A stretch of DNA of 32,510 nt from positions 1 through 32,510 of the forward strand of contig JANNXQ010000270.1 in the NCBI GenBank assembly GCA_031409655.1. Reading direction: 5' to 3'. A model generated the notes under the pieces. That model had not been told where the DNA came from and searched no databases. It saw nothing but the letters and a program-made list of their open reading frames with translations. The stretch's first letter is position 1. Each line of letters opens with the position of its first letter. The position numbers were made by a program, and so were the translations under genes. This stretch comes from Chthoniobacteraceae bacterium. GTDB lineage: Bacteria; Verrucomicrobiota; Verrucomicrobiia; Chthoniobacterales; Chthoniobacteraceae. Positions 16,673-25,038 of this stretch are shown piece by piece.

Positions 16673-16924
16673 CCGTTCGCACGGAACGGTCTGAAGCGGG
16701 TTCGAGTCTCTCTGTCCGGCCAACACGCGTCAGTAGGAGGAGGCGAAGCGTCCGCGATCAGTTTATTCTAACGGCATCCTACTCGCAAATGGCACTAGGT
16801 TCCGGCAGCCTCCTCTATACGGCACTCGTCGAGTTTGTAGTCCATTACTTTGGACGCGCGACGAATTAAACCCAGTGGAGTGAGTATACTTCCCGGACAC
16901 GGGGTATCAATCGGGGAGCGAAGG

Positions 16925-17797
16925 TCACCACGCGATAGAAAAAAACGGGTATTCGAGGGGAAACCCTTTCAGCGGGTGGGTGCCGACCGGTGTGGGTGAT
17001 CGGAAAATGGACATCTCCTTCGCAACGTATTCGCTGCCAAGGCAAGGAGTGTGCAAACTACCGGCCAGTTTTTCCATGCGGAAGACAAAGTTAACCTCAG
17101 ATCCCATCATGTTCGCCGCACCACCCGAAGGAGTACTTCCCAATGAAATTTCTCCTGCATGAATCGCCAGCCGGAATTTCAGCTCGCTCCGCTCCCGACG
17201 TTCGGCGAGCGCGTCCATTATCTTATGGATCCTATCGACAACAAGCGGACTTTCCGGCCAATAAGCAAGGAACCCATCACCAAGGTACTTGTTGATTTGT
17301 CCGCCCTGGGCTTCAACCGCATCGCGGCAATCCGAAAGCCAACCCCCAACGGCTCGGGCCAGTTCATCCTGCGGTAATCGCACACTCATCGGTGTAAAAT
17401 TCTCGAGGTCGGCCAGCAGGAGCCAGGCGCGCATGGTCTCAATGACGGGAATCGTGACCGGTGTGGTTTCCGGAGATGGTGCGGTTTCCACGAATTCGTC
17501 TTGCCGAAATGTAACCCCTTGCTCGCCTAACCGCAGTTGGTCACCATCGTGCAGGCGAACGGGTTGGACGCATCGGCGCGCATTGACGTGGGTGCCATTG
17601 GAGCTGCCAAAGTCCACGAGCCAGTACTCGCCTTCGTGCTGTTGTTGGATGATCGCATGGCGCCGAGAAGCCTTGGTGGAGGAAAGGACAACTTGATTCG
17701 TGCTCGAACGCCCGATGGAACAAGCGCCGCGAATCGGGATGACCGTGCCGTCGCTCGCCTCGAGCCAGGCCGGTCCGTTTGGCAATTGTCCGTTCAT
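16925..17797 (-). CDS. FHA domain + class III adenylate/guanylate cyclase
   Basis: FHA motifs IGR, SRRHA, DFGSSNGTHVN; cyclase motifs LADLENFT, KYLGDG, GSEVNFVFRME. Confidence 0.93.
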   Translation of the reverse strand: MNGQLPNGPAWLEASDGTVIPIRGACSIGRSSTNQVVLSSTKASRRHAIIQQQHEGEYWLVDFGSSNGTHVNARRCVQPVRLHDGDQLRLGEQGVTFRQDEFVETAPSPETTPVTIPVIETMRAWLLLADLENFTPMSVRLPQDELARAVGGWLSDCRDAVEAQGGQINKYLGDGFLAYWPESPLVVDRIHKIMDALAERRERSELKFRLAIHAGEISLGSTPSGGAANMMGSEVNFVFRMEKLAGSLHTPCLGSEYVAKEMSIFRSPTPVGTHPLKGFPLEYPFFSIAW

Positions 17798-18036
17798 GGT
17801 ATTGGAAAAGCGTGTGCGATGCCGACCGACGTGTACCCGCGGATAAACGTCGCATCCAGAGGGGAATTTCTCAATTCTTGGAAAAGGGTCTGCTGCGGTG
17901 CCGGCGCGTGCTTCACAACGAGGATGGAATCAAATGCAGGAACTGGCGACAAGCCTCGAACGAGAACAACGCTATCCGCTTCACCGCGTGCTTTTTGTAC
18001 CCGCATCGTGGAGGTGTTTGTTTGGCGCCCGGTCAT
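17794..18036 (-). CDS. Possible 80-aa hypothetical protein
   Basis: Fills the kinase-cyclase gap exactly, with ATGA overlaps at both ends; no recognisable motif. Confidence 0.45.
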   Translation of the reverse strand: MTGRQTNTSTMRVQKARGEADSVVLVRGLSPVPAFDSILVVKHAPAPQQTLFQELRNSPLDATFIRGYTSVGIAHAFPIP

Positions 18037-20864
18037 TTGGGTGAGTTCGAGACGGGAGCGCCCGCCTTTTCCATTCCGGCGAGGGCGATGCGGACCGCTT
18101 CACTCAAACGCCGGGTTTCGGCATCGCCGGGACCGGTTTGCCCGAGACCCTCGAGTAACTCGCGCGCCCTGGTAAAGTCTGTCCGAGCTTCGAGAGGGTC
18201 CGAGGGCCGCGCGCGACTTAGAAGGATCTGGCCATGCCGAATCAAGCTGGCGGCGAAGTCCCGCAACTGGATCGGTTGATCCCGGAATTTTGCCGCGAGG
18301 GCCTTATTGAGCGTGAGGTCACGAACCGAGTGGTCGAGCGCTTCGTCGAAGCGCCGGAGGTCACAGAGAGCGTGGGCGAGGCGCTGGTGCGCCGCCGCGA
18401 GTTCGCGTTGCTGTTGAAAGTTTAATGAGTCGATGCGTGCTAAATCGGCTGCAGAATTTACGGTATCTTGCAAATCAGGCAGCGCACGGCGCGCGCGCTC
18501 AGCAGCGATCGGGTTGCCCGTTGGCCAATCCACGGAAAGCAGCGCGTCTCCGACTTTTCCCCTGGCGATGACCAGTCTCCCAAGGAGGAAAAGGTCCCCG
18601 GGAGTCGTGACCGAAAGCGATTGCCAAATCTCCACTGCTTCGTCGAAGAGTCGGAGGGCGGTCTGCGGTTGCCGGAGGGTGAGGGCGACCTTCCCAGATT
18701 TCTCCCGATTTACAGCGAGCGCCTGCCGCACGGATGGATCGGCTGGACGTGCTTTGCCCAAGCCTAGCAGGATGTTTTGCTCGCGGGCGAACAAGCTGGC
18801 CGCCATTCCCAGCGAAGCCTCGGCAACGGAGGGAGAGACGGCCAGTTCGCTCAATCGAAACTCGAGGTCGCCAAGCCGCTGAAAGGTGCTGGCCCGCAAG
18901 AGACCAAGGCTAGGATCGGCGGCGGGATCGGCGGGCTCCGGACCCAGAAGTTCCAATTGTCGTTGGAAGGTCTTCCGCGCCACCGCGAGCCCGCGTCCGT
19001 CATCACGTCCGTCGGCAAGTTCGACCAAGCCCCGGCCATCGAGCGCTCGAACGAGGTCGATCCGGCGGGAGGGATCGTCAGGCTGGATAGTATACCTGTG
19101 CTCCATAATTTCCACGGCCTTCTCGAAGGAATCCTTCGCCTCTGAGTTGCGACTTTGGGCGAGGAGGATCAGGCCCCGGTTGGCGTACATCGCTCCTCGG
19201 TTGCGTTCGAGGGTTTCATTGTCAGAATCTGCTGGTTGCTCCTCAAAATACCGTTCCGCGCGGACGGAGATGCTCTCAAGTAGGCGCGACCGACCGAGCG
19301 GGATCAGTTGGTCGCGCAGATCATAAAGCATATAGTTGATCAACTCCTCGGCTTCACTCCGCGCCCGCACTTCGACATTACGGGCCCGTTCGGCCGCTTC
19401 GCGCGCAATTTCTGCCGCCTCCTTCGCCGCGACTGCGGTGTTACGTTCCAACACTGCGACGGCTTTGGCTTCAGCTTCCTGAATCCGTGCTTCCTCAGTG
19501 TCGTGCAAGGCGATGCTCTCGCGCGTCAGGGCCGCGTCGGTGGTGAGGTAGGCGCCGGTCGAGATCGCTGCGGTGCAGATGACTAGAGCTCCGACAAAGC
19601 TGGCGGCCTTGTGCTGGCGCATAAAACGCCCCAGGCGATACAATTTTCCCGGACGCGCCTGAACGGCCTCGCCGCGTAAATGCCGCGCGACATCATCCGC
19701 CAACTCACCGGCACTCGCGTAACGGTCTTCAGGACGCTTTTCGATCGCGTGGAGCACGATGGCATCGAGATCTCCCTTGAGCTTCGAGGGGAGTCGCCGA
19801 CCTTCGATGTGGCGATTGGCCGCGACAATGGACATACGATCCCCGAGCGAAGCCGCGCGCGCGCTCGGGGGATCGGGATTCTTCGAAAGGATAGCGGAGA
19901 AGATTGTCTCGTGCCTTTCAGCCCTGCTCGCCACAGTCGCCGACGGACGGAACGGTGTCTCCCCTGCGAGTAATTCGTATAGTATAACTCCGAGGGTATA
20001 GACGTCGGAAGCCGCCCCGATCGGTCCTACCTTGGGCGAGACCTGCTCTGGGCTCATGTAATACGGGGTGCCGACGCGCTCGTAAGCCATTGTTTGTGCC
20101 CCCGCGGCGGTGAAGTCTGCCCCCTGGATGACCTTGGCGATGCCAAAGTCGATCACCTTTGGCGTCGGGCCGTCCTCGCTGTCCACTACGATGATATTTC
20201 CCGGTTTCAGGTCACGATGGATGACCTTGATCTGGTGCGCGTAATCGACCCCACGGCAAATGGCGACGAAGATCCGGAGCCGGGCCTCTGTGCTGAGTTT
20301 CTGCGCGTCGCAGTAAGTCGTGAGCGTCTCCCCTCCGAGCAACTCCATCACCAGATACGGTCGCCGCCCGTCCGTCGTTCCGCACTCATAGACCACGGCG
20401 ATATTGGAGTGGGCCATCCGGGCCATGATCTGCCGCTCGAGCTCAAAGCGGGAAAGAAGATGGGTATTGCAAAGCTCGCGCTTGAGCACCTTGATCGCCA
20501 CAGCCCGATCCAGCGCAGAATCGTGGGCCCTCCAGACCTCGCCAAAAGTACTCGGCTTTCCTAGACGCGAAACTAGATGGAAGTGTCCTGCGATGACCTT
20601 TCCAGGCGTCAGTTCGACCTCGCCGGCGCGCACTGCGCTCGCAGTGGATCGGCTGGCCAGCGGGGTAAAGTCCCGATCCCCGGCACCGGGCACTGGCGTG
20701 ACCTCGGTCGCTCGCGCTGACTCATTACCTTCGATCGTCGTTGCCTGCGTCTCGCTCGCAGGCTCTACGCCGCCCGCGTCGAGACTCCCGGGAAGAGGCG
20801 AACCAATCTCAGTCGCCTGCGGTTCGCCTTCCGGGGAGTGCATTGAAGATGGGCGGTCCGACAT
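18033..20864 (-). CDS. Hanks-type Ser/Thr protein kinase with TM helix, coiled coil and TPR-like repeats
   Basis: VAIK, HRDLKPGN, DFG, GTPYYMSPEQ, SDVYTLG; TM ASFVGALVICTAAISTGAYL; helical repeat C-terminus. Confidence 0.95.
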   Translation of the reverse strand: MSDRPSSMHSPEGEPQATEIGSPLPGSLDAGGVEPASETQATTIEGNESARATEVTPVPGAGDRDFTPLASRSTASAVRAGEVELTPGKVIAGHFHLVSRLGKPSTFGEVWRAHDSALDRAVAIKVLKRELCNTHLLSRFELERQIMARMAHSNIAVVYECGTTDGRRPYLVMELLGGETLTTYCDAQKLSTEARLRIFVAICRGVDYAHQIKVIHRDLKPGNIIVVDSEDGPTPKVIDFGIAKVIQGADFTAAGAQTMAYERVGTPYYMSPEQVSPKVGPIGAASDVYTLGVILYELLAGETPFRPSATVASRAERHETIFSAILSKNPDPPSARAASLGDRMSIVAANRHIEGRRLPSKLKGDLDAIVLHAIEKRPEDRYASAGELADDVARHLRGEAVQARPGKLYRLGRFMRQHKAASFVGALVICTAAISTGAYLTTDAALTRESIALHDTEEARIQEAEAKAVAVLERNTAVAAKEAAEIAREAAERARNVEVRARSEAEELINYMLYDLRDQLIPLGRSRLLESISVRAERYFEEQPADSDNETLERNRGAMYANRGLILLAQSRNSEAKDSFEKAVEIMEHRYTIQPDDPSRRIDLVRALDGRGLVELADGRDDGRGLAVARKTFQRQLELLGPEPADPAADPSLGLLRASTFQRLGDLEFRLSELAVSPSVAEASLGMAASLFAREQNILLGLGKARPADPSVRQALAVNREKSGKVALTLRQPQTALRLFDEAVEIWQSLSVTTPGDLFLLGRLVIARGKVGDALLSVDWPTGNPIAAERARRALPDLQDTVNSAADLARIDSLNFQQQRELAAAHQRLAHALCDLRRFDEALDHSVRDLTLNKALAAKFRDQPIQLRDFAASLIRHGQILLSRARPSDPLEARTDFTRARELLEGLGQTGPGDAETRRLSEAVRIALAGMEKAGAPVSNSPK

Positions 20865-20886
20865 AAATTAAAGCGACAGCCTTCAC

Positions 20887-21174
20887 TCAATTCTTGAGCG
20901 CATTATCGAAATCCACTTCGCAAACTCGAGGCCGAAACCGTTGGAATGTCAGCGAAATGGACCGGGCTTTCTTAGCGGCTTGATCGTACTCGCTCAAGCC
21001 GGATTTCGGCTGGCCCCTTTCGGAAGTGATCGATTCCCCCTTTGAGGAGGTCACCTTGAAGGAAACGTAAACGGCTCTTTCGTGCAGTGGAGCGCGCTCG
21101 ATCCACACCACCAAAGCAAACACCAAAACCGCCATGGCAGCGCAGGCCAACAAGCAAAAAAACGAAATCTTCAT
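20887..21174 (-). CDS. Small membrane/secreted hypothetical protein
   Basis: Strong N-terminal hydrophobic helix; ends 22 nt before the kinase start. Confidence 0.6.
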   Translation of the reverse strand: MKISFFCLLACAAMAVLVFALVVWIERAPLHERAVYVSFKVTSSKGESITSERGQPKSGLSEYDQAAKKARSISLTFQRFRPRVCEVDFDNALKN

Positions 21175-21340
21175 GGATCGGAGGAAAGCTAGAAATTCTC
21201 CACCGTGCGGGAAAGGACATTCCGTGGTCCGGCGTGAGCATCAGACGGGGAGAAATGCGGTGCTGTGTTCATTGATTTCATCCCCTTTCTTCGCCGTCCC
21301 GCGCATTTCGTTACATTGCTCTCACGTCCCCATCACCCTT

Positions 21341-23233
21341 TTAGAATTTTGGCCTTTTGCCGAAACCACTCACCTTCAACCCACCGCCGGCCTGTATGGT
21401 GCCGAAGGGGCCGGTATTGAAGTTGGACTGGTCGGTGAAAACGTTTCCTTTCCCGGAAATATTGACGGCGCCGCCGGGATCGACTTCCACGGTCTTACCG
21501 GCAAGGTCGGCGCGCGGGGTCGTGAGGTTGACGGTGTTGCGGAAGCGAAGGGTGGATGCGCCTTCGGCGTAGAGGCGGATGAACTGGGAGGCGTTGAAAG
21601 TGGAGCCGTCGATGATGAGAGCATCACCGGAAGGTGAGAAGGCTCTTACGCGAATCAGGTTCGCCATGGCCTGGATGCTCTTGAGGTTCACCACAGCGGG
21701 GTCGCTGGGAAAGTTCTTCGCAAAGGAGTCGATCGTAAGCATCTTGCGGGCAGTGAGCTTCGACCCGTCAATGGTGATGGCTCCCCCACCGGAGAGCAGG
21801 TCGAGGCTGTCGATGAGGGAAGCGAGTTCGCTGGAATTCCGGATATTGATACCGGTCTTCACGGCGTCGCTGCCGACGGAAAGACGCCGGTTGGCGGTGA
21901 GGGTTGCGGAAGTGTCGATGTTCAACGTTTGAGGCTGGACGGAGAGCGATCCGCCGGCCACGGAGATGCGTCCGCCTTTGAGATTCGCACTGCTGCCGAC
22001 GTTGATGTCTCCTGTCGAGGAGGTGATGGAAAGCAGTTCGGAGTTGCTGGTGGCTTTGCCCGCCTGAAGTCTGGCGCTGATGATGTCGGCCCCGGTAGTG
22101 CGGAAGGAGAGGCCCACACCGGGCGGTGTCTCAATGTCCGCGGTCGCTACGATTTGCAGGCGATCGAAGCCGGGGTCGGGCGTGATCACGGCGAATTCCA
22201 GCGCCTTCGGACTCCCGGAGAAAACATCCGGGTCCACGCGAATCGTGCCATCAAGGCGCGGTGCGGCAGTTGGCGTGACCGCACCCGTGACGGGATCACT
22301 GGTGAAGTTTGTAGTCATGCCGACGCGCAGCAGGTTTGTCTTGGCACCGGTGCGCGTAATGGTGAGCGCGCCTCCGCTGCTTGGCGTTGGGAGGGTCGTT
22401 TGATTTACGCCGTCGAAGGCGGGTTTCTCGCGCACGATGGCCCGTGGGTCGTCGATATCGTTTGCAGATCTGAAAATCGTCCTTTCAACAACTTGAGGCT
22501 TGGGTGCCACGGGTTTTGGCGGAGCGTTGCGAAGGTGGTCGCGCGCCTGCAGATCATTGTCGAGACCGGTGAGGAAAAACGGGGTGCGGGCCAGATCGCC
22601 ACGGCGCAATCCGGCGCCCTGTCCGCCCAAACTCTCGTCGATAAGCGGCTGCGTGGCGAGCGCGCCGAATTGGCCGTTAACCATCTGGCTAGTGGCAACG
22701 AGCCGCCCGAGGTCGATCTCGACCGGTTCGGGTAGCCGATTGTCGCTGGGATTAATGATGAGCTGCTGCCCTGGGGTGAGCGTTTCGAATTCACCGGCCA
22801 GCGAGTCGAGCGACACCGTCACTTCGCCTTCGAGAACCACGACTTTTAACGCACGGCCCGGATCATAGGCGATCTGCGCAGTGCCACGGATGCGGGCGCG
22901 ATAGCCGGGAGCACGTACTTCAATAGTCTTGCGGAAAGCGCCGGGATTGCTCGCCACGAGGGTCACGCCCTGGCGCAGCGCGATGCCGCCGCTCCTGGCC
23001 ATGTCGAGCTCGGCCTTCTCCCCAACCCGCACGACTCCGCGACGGGAGGCGAGCTCTGCCTTCCCCCCCGTGCCGGTTGTGAATTTCGCACCCTCGGCGA
23101 GCGTCGTTTCGGGTTTGCTGCTTGCTTTACCGAAGACGCGCTGAACGGTGACCGAGTGCTCGGTGGCGGCAAAGGCGGTGAAGCCAAGTGCGTTGAATGC
23201 AGCAAGAGCGAAGGGGAGTCGGAGCAGGCGCAT
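21341..23233 (-). CDS. FecR-domain secreted protein with beta-rich C-terminal region
   Basis: Signal peptide; TG...AEL...VRVGE, ARIRGT, VVVLEGEVTV, LTPGQ; C-terminal Gly/Ser/Thr-rich beta repeats. Confidence 0.8.
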   Translation of the reverse strand: MRLLRLPFALAAFNALGFTAFAATEHSVTVQRVFGKASSKPETTLAEGAKFTTGTGGKAELASRRGVVRVGEKAELDMARSGGIALRQGVTLVASNPGAFRKTIEVRAPGYRARIRGTAQIAYDPGRALKVVVLEGEVTVSLDSLAGEFETLTPGQQLIINPSDNRLPEPVEIDLGRLVATSQMVNGQFGALATQPLIDESLGGQGAGLRRGDLARTPFFLTGLDNDLQARDHLRNAPPKPVAPKPQVVERTIFRSANDIDDPRAIVREKPAFDGVNQTTLPTPSSGGALTITRTGAKTNLLRVGMTTNFTSDPVTGAVTPTAAPRLDGTIRVDPDVFSGSPKALEFAVITPDPGFDRLQIVATADIETPPGVGLSFRTTGADIISARLQAGKATSNSELLSITSSTGDINVGSSANLKGGRISVAGGSLSVQPQTLNIDTSATLTANRRLSVGSDAVKTGINIRNSSELASLIDSLDLLSGGGAITIDGSKLTARKMLTIDSFAKNFPSDPAVVNLKSIQAMANLIRVRAFSPSGDALIIDGSTFNASQFIRLYAEGASTLRFRNTVNLTTPRADLAGKTVEVDPGGAVNISGKGNVFTDQSNFNTGPFGTIQAGGGLKVSGFGKRPKF

Positions 23234-23236
23234 ATT

Positions 23237-24214
23237 TCAAAAAGAAAGGTGGAGGTTGAGGCCGACGGCACCGACTAGATTGTCGTACTCGGCGAAGTGG
23301 CGATTCGAGGTATTGCGGCTAAAACTGGTTGTGGCCGAAAAGCGCACTCGATCGGTGGCATCGAAGGTGAGGCCCAAGGAAAGGATCTGGTTCCAATCGT
23401 TCCGTCCGCCTGAGTCGTAGCGATACCAGCCGAGCCGGTAAGAGCTTTGGGCGGTGATGCGTTGTGTCAGCCGCGCATTGTAGCCAAGCACCAACGTATA
23501 TTCGTCGCGCTGCGCCGCGAAAGGATCGGCGGTGAGGGAAACGTCGCCGGTGAGGCCGATAAAGACCTGCTGGCCTCGGCTGACCTTCCAGACTTTCTGC
23601 AATTGGAGGACGACGGAATGGTTGTCGAAGAGGTGCCCGCCAAAAGGTTCGGCGATCCGCTCGTAGGCGTAGCGCGTGGCGAAGAAGGCATCGGCGAGCC
23701 ACGGCAATTGCCAGAGCAGGCCCGCTTCGAACCGCGTGTCATCGAAGTCTAGCGCGTCGAATTCCGCGTAACGAAATAGGTCGTGCGTCAGCGAGACATC
23801 GACGAAGAGCGATCCCTTCACGCGATTCGTGTACGAGAAACTGAGGCCAGTGCGCAGATACGAATCCTCCTCCTGAGCGCTGGGCGTGAGGCCCGCGTTG
23901 TCGGTGAAGGCGAGAAGCGCCGCAAGGCTCGCCGACCACGGCTCAACTTGTGCCCGGCGCCGGAGGATGGCCTGTTCGCCAAACTCGGTACCGTGGCCCA
24001 GGACTTCGAGCGGCTTGGCTTTCGGGAGCAACGCCGTCGGGACGCCGTCCTCAGTGGCGATCCCGAGACGGAGCGCGGGTGTCTGCCCGGCGACTTCGCG
24101 GCGCGCATCGGACGGGAGTTGCCGCGCCGCAAAGGCCGAACCGGAAAGAGCCAGCGCGAGAAAAAGAGGAAGTCGGCGCAGTCGCAGACAGGGGGGGGAA
24201 GATGGCCTCATCAT
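23237..24214 (-). CDS. Outer membrane beta-barrel protein
   Basis: Signal peptide, alternating amphipathic aromatic strands, C-terminal LNLHLSF. Confidence 0.82.
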   Translation of the reverse strand: MMRPSSPPCLRLRRLPLFLALALSGSAFAARQLPSDARREVAGQTPALRLGIATEDGVPTALLPKAKPLEVLGHGTEFGEQAILRRRAQVEPWSASLAALLAFTDNAGLTPSAQEEDSYLRTGLSFSYTNRVKGSLFVDVSLTHDLFRYAEFDALDFDDTRFEAGLLWQLPWLADAFFATRYAYERIAEPFGGHLFDNHSVVLQLQKVWKVSRGQQVFIGLTGDVSLTADPFAAQRDEYTLVLGYNARLTQRITAQSSYRLGWYRYDSGGRNDWNQILSLGLTFDATDRVRFSATTSFSRNTSNRHFAEYDNLVGAVGLNLHLSF

Positions 24215-24216
24215 TC

Positions 24217-24894
24217 TCAGCGGGGTGGTACCGGTGCGACGACAGCCACCGCGGGCGACGGGAAATAAGTCGCCGCGGTGCCATTGCCGGCGTCGATTCC
24301 CGCGCCCTCCGTAAGCGAAGCGATCGGGCGGTCCAGTTCGTAAGCAGCATCCTGCACGACGATGCTCTCGCCTTCGAGCCGCGAAAATACGACCGCCGAA
24401 CGATTGTCGGAGCCGCGGACCGGGCTGGCGATCACCCGCCCGACGCGTTGAGCCAAGACCCTCATCGCCTCGGAACGGATCTCCGCATCGAGCCGCGCGG
24501 TGCTGGCCGCGACAACGCGCGGATCAGCAATCTTGCGAATGGCGGCGCGCGCCGAGCGATTTTGCGGGAGCCGCTCGAGCCGCCGCACTTCGAGTGCGAT
24601 CAAGCCATTGAGCCGACGGCTCACAGAACTGCGGACCAGCGCTTTTTCGGCCGCATCCAGAGTTTTGTAACGGCGAAGGATGCGCGCTGCGGTGGCCAGA
24701 TCGCGGGCATGCACCGTTTGGTTCTCGGGCGCGAGCACATAGGTCGTCGGTTTCGAGTCGCCGAAGATCGGCGCATCGAGATCATCGGGAGCGAGTCGGG
24801 TGCGCGGGCTTCGGCATCCGACCACGGCGGCACAGAGTAGCGCGGTGACGATCGCGGGCGACGGCGGCAAGCTGCGTTGTCTGGCGGAGTCCAC
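24217..24894 (-). CDS. Putative lipoprotein
   Basis: GTG start; hydrophobic stretch ending AAVVGC (lipobox-like); 2-nt gap to the barrel gene. Confidence 0.68.
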   Translation of the reverse strand: MDSARQRSLPPSPAIVTALLCAAVVGCRSPRTRLAPDDLDAPIFGDSKPTTYVLAPENQTVHARDLATAARILRRYKTLDAAEKALVRSSVSRRLNGLIALEVRRLERLPQNRSARAAIRKIADPRVVAASTARLDAEIRSEAMRVLAQRVGRVIASPVRGSDNRSAVVFSRLEGESIVVQDAAYELDRPIASLTEGAGIDAGNGTAATYFPSPAVAVVAPVPPR

Positions 24895-25038
24895 GTAGGT
24901 TCGGGAACACTGGCCGTAACAGCTCTGCCAAAACGGAGCAAGGCTTCTCCGCCGATCATCTGCGCGATTCGCTGTAACGAGGGATTGCTAAAAGCGGAGA
25001 ATATAGGTGGGATGACCTTTGCGGTTGCCCGTCAAACT

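Noticed and set aside
21230..21335. Possible structured RNA between the FecR gene and the small membrane gene
   Set aside because: Only short complementarities (GAAATGCG/CGCATTTC), not distinguishable from chance.
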